Shown here in pieces: positions 29,351 through 39,044 of a stretch of DNA of 64,000 bases. The translations under genes were made by a program, and so were the position numbers. Source of the stretch: Ignavibacteriota bacterium (GTDB lineage Bacteria; Bacteroidota; Ignavibacteria; Palsa-1295); assembly GCA_963787835.1 (NCBI GenBank), contig CAWBEI010000002.1, forward strand, positions 245,486 through 309,485, given 5' to 3'. Numbering within the stretch: the stretch's first letter is position 1; every line of letters starts with the position of its first letter. The notes under the pieces were generated by a model. It was not told the origin of the DNA. It saw only the letters and a program-made list of their open reading frames with translations, and ran no database searches.

Positions 29351-30124
29351 CACAAAACTATGAATGCTATTAAGAGTAATGATCCACCCGAAAAAGTACT
29401 TTTTAATTTTTATCGCAGCTCGACTATTCCTCACCGTCACGCAGGAACTATTGTATCCCGGAACTATAACGCGCGACATTCTCTCACGTGCGACCAATGA
29501 GAAACAGATTTACGTAATCCGGTCGTTTCCAACCCGTTCCACGCAAACATCGTTCGATGTCACCATCGAAGCAGGATGAAAGTTTTCGGCCCGCACCCTC
29601 TCGTTCGTTATACTTTATGCAACCAAGAAACATCTCGCAGACGGGATCGCAAAAAACCCGCCCATCGATACATGCTCGCCGCCATAAGCGAGATTCAAGT
29701 CAGAATCCGAGGCTCCAACGATCCTATTCGCAAAAACAAGGATGAAAGAGAATATCGCATTCCCATAGATCGCACTAGCTCCCGGCCTCCCAGCTAACAG
29801 ATAAGCGTTAGTAAACATTATGCCAACCGGGAAAACCGCTTTATTTTGCCAATTTCAAAGGTTGTCTTTATGACATTGTCCGTTTATGAAACAAAAATAT
29901 CAAATTGTTTTTCAAAATCGGACAAGAACAGAAAACGCTTTTAATTAGAAAACTAAGTGCTAAATAAATGCAGGGATCTAAGGTTTGAAATCAATATACT
30001 ATGATTATAGCTCTATTCTGATTTCTTTCGTTAGAAGTGATGTCATGACAGCATCCATCTGAAATAGGTTTCTTAAAAAAATAACGGAGAAAAGTATTTC
30101 TTTCAGAAACCCCATCTTCCTCGT

Positions 30125-33100
30125 CTAAACACTAAGTCCGCTATCCGATGCAAGAAACAATGGAGAATCGAAGTTCGAGTACTCGATATCGGGAAGAGAA
30201 CGGTCGATCACATCCAGGAGCTGCGATCTGGTGAATGGCTTCGAAAGAAAATCCGTACAGCCAGCCCTGATCGCTTCGTCTCGATCTGACTTTTTTGCGT
30301 AAGCGGTCAGCGCGATGATCGGAAGGCTGGCTAATTGTTTATCCTGGCGAAACTCCGTCGTTAATTCTAGGCCAGTTGTAAACTCACCCAGATTAATGTC
30401 CATAAGAATGAGATCGGGGATCGTTTCATTTACGATTTTCTTGGCAGTTCCGATCCTTGGGGCATGGATGATCTCAAATCGGTCTTGCAGATGCGCCTGC
30501 ACTAACTTCACGGTATCGATGGAATCCTCAACCAGCAAGAGCAAGGGCTTTGGTGCATTATCTTGCGTTTGCTGCTGCTCCTCAGAGGGCGGGACTGGAT
30601 GCAATGGAAGACAAACAATGAAAATACTCCCAACACCTCTGCTGCTTCGAACCTCGATCGAGCCACCCATGGCTAACGCCAGACGGCTCGTGATCGTAAG
30701 CCCCAAACCCGACCCCTCATAGTAGCGATGCATTCCAGTCGATTCCTGAGTGAATTCTTCGAAGATCGATGCCAGGTTCTCTGAACCGATCCCCAACCCG
30801 GTATCTTCAACAACAATGCGGAAATAATCCTGCTGCGGAGGCTGCCCTATACTATATGATGCATATCCTTGAGGCATCGGAAGCGACGCATCCAGCTCTT
30901 GTCCGAATTGCACCGTTACAGTCACTTCTCCACGTCGAGTGAATTTTATTGCGTTGCCAAGGAGATTGGTTACAATATGATCAAATCGCTGTGGGTCGAT
31001 CATGGCGTGAGGGTCTTCCATGGATGGATGGAACAGAAGCCGGATCTGCTTGGAAGATGCAAGTGGTTCGACCGAAGCAAAAATCTGTTGGATGGCTTCA
31101 TTGACCTCTACGAGTTCTGGTGAAAGCTTTAGCTTTTTCGATTCGATCTGCGCATGATCGAGAATATTGTTGATGGTGCTAAGGCAGGCGATTCGCGCTC
31201 GACTCGATGGTTGCAGCATGATCCGCCAAAGCCCGATCCGGTATTCTCTCTTTGAGAATTTCAGCGAAGCCAAGAATAGCGGTCATAGGCGTTCGGATCT
31301 CGTGACTCATATTGGCGAGGAAATTCGATTTCAATTGTGTCATTTCCTCGGCCTTTTCTTTGGCACGCATCGCGTGGTTTCGCTGCTCTTCCAACTGGAT
31401 CTCCATTTGCCTTCGAACAGTAATGTCCTGCGTACATCCGACCATTCGATAGGGCTTTCCACGGTCGTTCAAGGAGAGCATCGAACGATCCCACACATAG
31501 ACCCAATGGCCGTCTTTATGGCGCATGCGGTATTCGGATTCATACAATTTCTTGTCTGGACAAAGGTCGGCAATGGCCTCATTTGCCAGAGCAAGGTCAT
31601 CGGGATGGATACGCGATCTCCACCATTCGATGGTGCCAGTTTCTGGCTCCTCAATGGGATCGAAACCAAGAAGCTGCTTCAGGCCAGAGGATCGTTCACA
31701 AAAACCGGTTGATAGGTCGAGATCATAGATCAGGGATGAAACAGCTTCCGATGCAAGCTGGAAACGCTCGTTAGCTTGCATCAACTGCTGCTGCATTTGG
31801 GCACGCTCGGTAATATCGCGAATCGATCCGATGACTCGAATGGCTATTCCATGTTCGTCGCGAAATATCTGACCGGCGTCCCACACATGGATCCAGTGAC
31901 CGTCTTTATGCTGCATCCGGCATTCCAGTTCGTAGCGCATACGTTCAGGATTCGTATTTTCGATGAGATCCTTGACTAAACCAACATCGTCCGGATGAAC
32001 GCGGCTAAGCCACCACTCCACGGAGGCTGTCTCTGGTTCCAACTCCGGATCGAATCCCAGGAGATTTTTCAATTCCGGCGAACGGTGAGAGCGCATGGTA
32101 ACGGGATCGAAATCATAAATAACCGTTGTGATCGCATCCGATGCAAGTTTATACCGCTCGTTCATTTCCCTTAATTTTTGTTCCATCTGGACGCGTTCGG
32201 AAATGTCCCGATGTATTCCAAGCACTCGTGCCGCTTTGCCGCTCTCATCGGTAAAAATTTGGGCACTATCCCACAGATACACCCAGTGCCCATCCTTATG
32301 CTGTACACGATACTCGAGTTCTGAATTTCCCAGACTCTTGACGACGGCAGCAGCGTGAGCTCGAACCATGCCTATATCATCCGGGTGGACACGACTCATT
32401 AACCACTCGAACGTCCCGGTTTCGGGCTCTGTGTCAGGGTCGAACCCCAACATTCTTAAGAATCCTCTGGAACGTTCGACTGCTCCTGTTGCTAAGTTCA
32501 ACTCAAAAATACAGATGTTAACCGATTCAGAGGCAAGGTGGTACCGTTCGTTCACTCGCTCCAATTCAAGGTTCACCTTTAATTGGTCGGTCACATCCTC
32601 AATAAAGGCGAACCGGGCATTCCGACCTTCATACTGTACGGCATGGTGAAAAACCTGTACGCTTATCCGATCCCCATTTTTCTTCACATGCGTTACACTG
32701 ACGGATGGCTCATTGTTTGGGCCGCGTATCACCTTCGCATATTTCTCAAAAAAAGCTTCCTGGCTCTCTACAGGGTGCAAATCATAAACGAAAAGCTTCA
32801 AAAATTCTTCTTCCGAATAACCATAGAGCTGGCAAGCAGCGCGGTTCACTTTCAAATATTGGAACGTTTCAATATCTAAAATCCACATCGGCAAGGGGCT
32901 GTCTTCGAAGAGCAGACGATACTGGGATTCCGATCGGAGGAGTTCCTGTGCAATGCGGTGACGCTCCGTGATCTCGGTCAGCAAGTAGAGCCAACCTGTT
33001 GACGTTCCATCCTGCCGGAGGGAAAAGATGGACATCGAAAAAAAACGAGTCTCGAAGTTCGTAAGCTTTAATTGACAGATCCCTTGCCATACTCCCTGCT

Positions 33101-33798
33101 CTTTGATGATAGCTCCAATATCCTCATTCGGTGTGGAAGGAATCCACTCTTCTCCAAGAACCATTGGCCCATATTTCCCGATGGCGTCTGCGCTCGAAAT
33201 ACCAGTTACCTGTTCGGCCGCTTGATTCCAGTAGGTGATGATGCCGGCGGTGTCACTGGCAATAACGGCATCACCGATCTGGGAAATAACGTTTGCCTGT
33301 AATTGAATTTGCTCTCGTGATTTCCATTCTTTAGTAATATTCCTTCCAAATACTGCGACACTCACGACCGCATCACCCTCGAAAACGGGATCGAACGTGA
33401 ATTCAACAATATGGCCACTTAGTTCAGGGGTGAAATGGCGAACTTCTGTCACCTTTTCACCCTGGAAAGCGCGCGCATAAGCCGCAGCCCAAAATGGTTG
33501 TTCTGTTGGCGGCAAGTAGGAGCTGATCTCCATCCCTTCAATCAACTCCACATGATAGAAGTGATGAAAAATATTTTTTAAGAACGAGATTGAATGTCAG
33601 AAGTCGTGCTTCCCGATCCACCAGGCAGATGGCATCGTTCGAGTTATCGAGCACGAACCGGAGCATTGCATTAACCTGCATTGTCCCGGAGTTGGGGCTA
33701 AGACTACCCATACTTCCGTTCTCTTTATTATGTAGGTTCGCGCCGGTTTTACTCGGTGGGGCTGATTCAACCGTTAATGCGCGATTGACTTTATTCAT
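30125..33798 (-). pseudogene. multi-PAS hybrid sensor histidine kinase/response regulator, reading frame broken twice
   Basis: Three consecutive ORFs (33538..33798, 31179..33551, 30125..31273) make one protein. The first PAS domain is split at the A6/T5 runs (33567-33579). The HisKA helix is split at about 31184: MSHEIRTPMTAILGFAEIL...IESSANRL joins LSTINNILDHAQIESKKL once one C is removed. Downstream lie the HATPase domain (DTGLGI, GSGLGLTI) and the receiver (LLLVEDS..LILMDINL). Three PAS units share W..SR(V/I)HPDD. Confidence 0.8.
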
Positions 33799-33945
33799 AA
33801 GATGTGATCACATCGAACCAATAACTAAAGAACGAGAAGCTGTAACAAATGGGGATAGAGCACAGGTCAGATCCAAGCTTCTCAATCTATGCTTTAGTAC
33901 ATTGAGTACAAGGCTCCATCCCTAAAAAGTTTCCAATACGGAAAA

Positions 33946-35246
33946 TTAGGCTGCCGTGGCCAACAACCGCTCCACGCGTTCTTTATTTCGAACATGTACC
34001 CGTAATCGAAGCCTAACATGGGTCTCAGAGAATACGCGCTCACTGACTTCCCCCAATTCATAGAGCCGTGAAGCAATATCGTAATGCGCTATGGGGATCT
34101 CGACCGTTAGTTCGAACGAAGATTCTGTGATCACTTTCTCGATCTCGCTCTTCAAGCGTTCGATCCCGATCCCTTTCTGGGCAGAAATGAACACCGCATG
34201 AGGATAGCGCCGCATTTCTGCGAGCAGAAACTTTCGATCTTCATCAAGCGCATCGAGCTTGTTGAATACCATAATAGTCGGTTTCAAGTGCGAACCAAGG
34301 TCTTGAAGCGTACCATTGACTACTTCGATCTGTTCCTCGAATTGCGGATTTGCCATATCGACAACATGCAGCAGAATATCCGCTTCCTCAACTTCAGAGA
34401 GCGTTGTCCTGAACGATGCTATAAGCTTCGGTGGCAGTTTCCGTATAAATCCGACGGTGTCCGTCACGAGTGCTCGGCGACCTGTGCGAATTCGACAGCT
34501 CGTGTGGTTGCATCCAGCGTCGCAAACAGCCGGTTCTCGACAAACACATTCGAATCGCCTGCGGTCAGCGCATTAATGAGCGATGATTTTCCAGCATTGG
34601 TATATCCAACGAGCGCAACTCGTGCAAGCTCATCACTGCGGCCCAGCCGCCGAGTAGCATGCTGCTGTTCGATCGCGACCAGCTTCTCTTTTAAGAGGGA
34701 GATGCGTGTTTTGACGAGCCTGCGATCCGTTTCGATCTGCGTTTCGCCGGGTCCTTTGGTTCCGATACCACCATGCTGCTTGGATAAGTGCGTCCACGCA
34801 CGAGTAAGGCGTGGGAGGATATATTCTAATTGGGCAAGCTCGATCTGCGTTTTTGCTTCCCGTGTTCGGGCGCGGCTTGCGAAAATATCGAGAATAAGAC
34901 TGGAACGATCGAGAACTTTAATGTTTAATTCCTTCTCGAGATTCCGGAGTTGGACTGGCGTTAACTCATCATCGAAGATCGCGATCTGAATTTCAAGCGC
35001 CTCCACATGGCGCTTCAACTCTTCTACTTTACCCTTACCAAGATAGAGCGCCCCGTCCGGTGTGGCTCGCTCCTGCGTCATACGATAAAGGACGTCAGCG
35101 CCTGCGGTATCGGCAAGGAGGGCAAGCTCGTTTAGATGTTCCAGAGCTTCTCGTCTGGTTTCTTCATCGTTCGAACGAATGAGTGTTACGATCGCCGCCC
35201 GCTCACGGGCTTTATGGGTTTCGAAAAATTTAAATGATTCTCTCAA
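33946..35246 (-). pseudogene. hflX: GTPase HflX, reading frame broken by a 1-nt indel near 34481
   Basis: ORF 34464..35246 carries the HflX N-domain and G1 motif GYTNAGKSSLINAL, ending ..LFATLDATTRAVEFAQ. ORF 33946..34467 continues in another frame as (GRRAL)VTDTVGFIRKLPPKLIASFRTTL, NKLD. The junction is at CAGG/TC on the minus strand. The start appears to be TTG. Confidence 0.85.
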
Positions 35247-35280
35247 TAGTATGCTTTTCTAATAGAGCGCCATTTCCGTG

Positions 35281-36114
35281 TTAATGTGATGTGACGCTGT
35301 CAATTATTCTCCCTAATGAATCGTACGCCAATCCCGACTCCGTGTTCCGCGACGTAATAATATGATAAACTGTTTCCGCGATCTCTTCCGGTTCGATGAT
35401 GCGGCCTTCGCGGTTCAGCATGGCAAACATGGCTTCGGCTTTCTCTTCCGACCTGCCCCGTGCCATCGTTGCTTGTATGGCTTCGTGCAAAATTTGTGTG
35501 CGAGTAAACCCCGGGCAGATCGTACTGAATTTCACTCCGGATTGCTTGTATTCCGCCGCTAAAGCTCGCATCATCCCTAAAAGGGCGTGCTTCGAAGCCG
35601 TGTATGCAGCAGTAAAACGAAATCCTTCCAAGGCTGCGGTGGAGGCAATGGAGACAACATGCCTGGCGGGGATGGTGGACATTGTGGACGACGTGGACGT
35701 AGATGCAAGCATCCCCGGTAAAAATGCACGGGTCATGTAGAACGCACCATCTACGTTTACAGCAAATGTTTCGCGCCACATTTCGTCGGTTATTTCTTCA
35801 AATTTTGTGGAGGGAGCAACTCCGGCATTATTGATGAGAATCGTCACTGGCCCAAGTTCATCCAAAATGTCATTTGCAAGAGCGTTCACCTCGTCGGCAA
35901 TACCAACATCGCACGGCGTGGCATAGGCTTTCCCGCCGCAGTCTATGATCTCATTGCGAAGCTCGGAAATTCCTTCGCTCGAGCGCGCAACGAGCACCAC
36001 CGGAATACCTGGCGCATCATCACTGCCAAGCGCGAGCCGCCGCGCGATCGCGCGGCCTATGCCGCGGCCTGCACCAGTTACGAGAGCGAGTTCTTTCGTT
36101 TCATTCGAGTTCAA
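35281..36114 (-). CDS. SDR family oxidoreductase
   Basis: Has LALVTGAGRGIGRAIA (TGxxxGIG), NNAG, and the catalytic Y-x3-K in YTASKHAL. The TTG start overlaps the upstream stop as TTGA. Confidence 0.85.
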   Translation of the reverse strand: MNSNETKELALVTGAGRGIGRAIARRLALGSDDAPGIPVVLVARSSEGISELRNEIIDCGGKAYATPCDVGIADEVNALANDILDELGPVTILINNAGVAPSTKFEEITDEMWRETFAVNVDGAFYMTRAFLPGMLASTSTSSTMSTIPARHVVSIASTAALEGFRFTAAYTASKHALLGMMRALAAEYKQSGVKFSTICPGFTRTQILHEAIQATMARGRSEEKAEAMFAMLNREGRIIEPEEIAETVYHIITSRNTESGLAYDSLGRIIDSVTSH

Positions 36115-36698
36115 CGGTTTGCCTTCCTTGTGCGATATAGTCGTTCAGTGAACCCACCCTCTTCAATAAAAGATTTCGCAAGAGCGTTAATCTGTCTGTC
36201 CAAAAGAGTGCAGGCTACATTGATCAGAACAAGCGCACCATTGGCAGCAATTTCAGGGATAGAATTGTGCTCCGTGAAAGTGGACTTAATGGACATAGGG
36301 GACTTTGGGGAAACCGATTGAGTTTTCTTTTGTCCACTATGCCCATCAAGTCCACTTTGTCCATCAAGAGCTAATCGCTGCATATCCACAGCCCATTGCA
36401 CAACGACATCGGCAGTAGCAGGCCGGCGGCGCACCAGTTCGGCGCGGCGAGGGTCGATGGGTTCCCAAAGCAGCATTCCTTGTTGCCGAAGAAAATCCTC
36501 ATAATCCAAACGAAGTTCTTCCAAGCTGGCGCGTGCTACATTGGTCAGTTTCATCTCCATTTTTCGGGAGGTGCTGGAAGCCTGGCTTCCTTCTGCAATA
36601 TTTTGCACACCGGAACGCGCGGCCTGCACCATTTGGTCATGAGTGCGGCTGCGTTTATCGATGTACTTACCACAGAACCGAACCGTCACATCATACAC
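36111..36698 (-). CDS. four-helix-bundle protein (four helix bundle suffix-domain type), 5' end apparently damaged
   Basis: Contains YDVTVRFC..RSRTHDQMVQAARSGVQNIAEGSQASSTSRKMEMKLTNVARASLEELRLDYEDFL. Upstream and in frame are ..KHGG-TAG-RKLKSFQVSQL, with the TAG at 36732-36734, and an out-of-frame ATG at 36769. From memory, family members start M..LIPKHGGYRKLKSFQ. Confidence 0.6.
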   Translation of the reverse strand: MYDVTVRFCGKYIDKRSRTHDQMVQAARSGVQNIAEGSQASSTSRKMEMKLTNVARASLEELRLDYEDFLRQQGMLLWEPIDPRRAELVRRRPATADVVVQWAVDMQRLALDGQSGLDGHSGQKKTQSVSPKSPMSIKSTFTEHNSIPEIAANGALVLINVACTLLDRQINALAKSFIEEGGFTERLYRTRKANR

Positions 36699-36780
36699 AA
36701 GCTGCGAAACCTGAAAGCTTTTTAGCTTGCGCTAGCCACCATGCTTGGGATGAGGGGAGAGGGGGTCATTGCAAGCTAAG

Positions 36781-38064
36781 CTATTGAATATCGAAAACCC
36801 AGACGGCATTTACCGCAGGTGGACTACCTGTCCCACTATATTTTATTGAGATTAGATCACCTGCTGAAACGGGATATGTATCAGTGTTATCTGTTGCAGT
36901 CACGTTTGTGCCAGAAATACTCACGGTTACTCCCGTTGAAGTCTGTCCGTCATAGACGGTAAATTTATATGTCGAAGTACTTCCATCCGCTGTGGCAATG
37001 GTGACAGTAAGATTTTTTAGAGTTCCACTCCGATCCAGAATCATTTGGTTGTTATTCGAAATGGAAGCTGTACTTGGAAAGGGCGACAAGCTCGTCAGCC
37101 CTAATGGATAATTAAACCCAACAGGGTTCCCGCCAAATGTCTGCGTTGAGCTCCCGGTTATCATCAAAGCGGATGAGCCCCCCGGTGCTACCCACGTCGC
37201 ATCCTCTCTCAAATACCTTGTGGTACCGGCAGTCGATCCTGGGTCGGGAACCGCACCAACGGCGTGCGTTGAACCAGATTTGATGAATACGGGAACATCG
37301 GATCCTGCGATAGTAGCCCAAACGGGAGCAGTTGCGGCACCGCTGGCTCCCGTTGAGGTCAGGAATTCCTTGGTTGTAGTGGTATTCCCCGAAAGCACAG
37401 CCGCTGCCGGAGTAGCATTCTCATACTCGATATCTCCGAGCGTTGCCATAGGCGAGAGCGCATTAAAAGCGGCGTTCGCCGTCGTTTTACTTGTACCACC
37501 ATTAGCTATCGGAAGCGCAGTTCCTGAAAGCGTCACCGCAAACGTGCCACTTGTTGTTATCGGCGTTGCAGTAACAGAAAGGAAGCTCGGTACTGTCATC
37601 GCAACCGAAGTTACGGTTCCGCTGCCGCCAGCTGCGTTCTGCCATGTTGGAAGCGCACTGGGGCCATTCGAGGTAAGAACTTGATTGCTCGATCCTAACC
37701 CGGAAATCTGTTGCAAATTACCCGTTGCGGTCGTGCCACCAGCAAGCAACGCATACGGAGTATACGTAGCAAGCCCCGTACCGCCATATTGGGGCACAAC
37801 CACCGTTCCCTGCCATACCCCGCTCGATATGGTGCCAAGTGCTGTGATCGACGTAGAATTTCCAGAAGTATAAAGCATGCCTCCTCCTACGGGAAAGGTG
37901 AAGGATCCCCCACCGGTTGCTCCCGAAAAAATCGATATGTGGCCAGAGCCATCATCAAGATAAAGAGCGGTCTGCCGAACCTGAGCAGTGGAAGTGGAAG
38001 CCAAAAGAGTAAAAGCGATTACTGCGAATAATGCTGTACGAACAACGAGCGATTTATCAGACAT
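36781..38064 (-). CDS. secreted fibre-like protein, paralog I (outlier copy)
   Basis: ATG at 38064 gives MSDKSLVVRTALFAVIAFTLLASTSTA followed by QVRQTALYLDDGSGHISIFSG, which resembles the N-terminus of H. It carries the cassette GTVTSVAMTVPSFLSVTATPITTSGTFAVTLSGTALPIANGGTSKTT and has its own C-terminal domain. Confidence 0.85.
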   Translation of the reverse strand: MSDKSLVVRTALFAVIAFTLLASTSTAQVRQTALYLDDGSGHISIFSGATGGGSFTFPVGGGMLYTSGNSTSITALGTISSGVWQGTVVVPQYGGTGLATYTPYALLAGGTTATGNLQQISGLGSSNQVLTSNGPSALPTWQNAAGGSGTVTSVAMTVPSFLSVTATPITTSGTFAVTLSGTALPIANGGTSKTTANAAFNALSPMATLGDIEYENATPAAAVLSGNTTTTKEFLTSTGASGAATAPVWATIAGSDVPVFIKSGSTHAVGAVPDPGSTAGTTRYLREDATWVAPGGSSALMITGSSTQTFGGNPVGFNYPLGLTSLSPFPSTASISNNNQMILDRSGTLKNLTVTIATADGSTSTYKFTVYDGQTSTGVTVSISGTNVTATDNTDTYPVSAGDLISIKYSGTGSPPAVNAVWVFDIQ

Positions 38065-38310
38065 AGGGGTATTCAGGGAAAAAACAACCAAAAGTGACAC
38101 AACGAAAAATAGATGTTCGCTACGTCTTCAACGAGTGAAATGCGTGTTCAAAGAACTTATTTTTCCAAATTTACGACCATTTTGGAACCACGAGTGAAAA
38201 ATGCGATAAAATATTCACAGAGACCACCAGAAGTCCCAGCGAATCAGGTTCTGTGAACGACTCTTTGCATCTTCCTCGTTATTCCTCATTCTTCTTAAAT
38301 TGCCATTTTC

Positions 38311-39044
38311 ATGCGAAAATTCGAACGTGTACTTATAATCGGAGCTTCTTCCGGCATCGGCCTTGCGCTTGCGGAGCAGTTATTAAAGGCGGGCGCATCG
38401 GTGGCTATGGTTGCGCGCCGCCGAGAACCTATGGCTGAGCTTGCAGCGCAACACTCCGGCAAAGCGTTCGTCTATCCGCATGATGTCACTAATTATGCAG
38501 AGGCTCCCACGCTTTTTCAGCAGATCACAAAAGATCTCGGCGGCTGGATTGCGTGATCTACTCCTCCGGCGTGATGCCCAGCATGGATGAGCACGAGTAT
38601 AATTTCGAAAAAGATCGTGAGATCATAGAGGTGAATGTGTTGGGTGCCTTTGCGTGGTTGAATGAAGCGGCTAATCGTTTCGAGCGTTTGAAGAGCGGCA
38701 CCATCATAGGAATTTCTTCTGTAGCCGGTGAACGCGGCCGCCGTGGGAACCCAGCATATTGCACCTCGAAAGCAGCTCTCACGACGTATCTGGAATCGCT
38801 CCGTAACCGACTTTCACAGTATGGCGTCCGCGTGGTAACGATCAAACCCGGAATGGTGGATACTGCGATGACGCGTGGCAAGCCCGGCCAGCTTTGGGTG
38901 ATCTCTGCCGACGAAGCTGCGAAACGAATCCTTGCTTACGCACACATCGGAAAGAACACTGCCTACATTCCCTCCCGTTGGAGACTGCTCATGTTCGTGT
39001 TGAAGTGTATGCCCTCCTTCATCTTCCGCAGATTGCCGATATGA
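38311..39044 (+). pseudogene. DprE2-like short-chain dehydrogenase, reading frame broken by a 1-nt deletion near 38544
   Basis: ORF 38311..38556 (VLIIGASSGIGLALA ... KDLGG) and ORF 38553..39044 (..VIYSSGVM.., SSVAGERG, Y-x3-K in YCTSKAAL) join if ggcggctgg is read as ggcggcCtgg, giving LGGLDCVIYSSGVM. The C-terminus ..MPSFIFRRLPI resembles the mycobacterial DprE2 end ..IPRSIFRKLPI (from memory). Confidence 0.75.

Noticed and set aside
7900-30075. Recurrent GAAATAGGT(G) string in three intergenic regions (about 7903, about 8134 and about 30062)
   Set aside because: There are only three copies of a 9-mer, with inconsistent distance and orientation relative to genes. This is too weak to call a regulatory site without a genome-wide count.
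8255-38064. Diversity-generating retroelement acting on the fibre heads
   Set aside because: No reverse transcriptase ORF exists anywhere in the window, and I found no non-coding template repeat matching a gene 3' end. The only Avd-like gene (36111-36698) belongs to a different-looking subfamily and is followed by an SDR. This cannot be excluded genome-wide.
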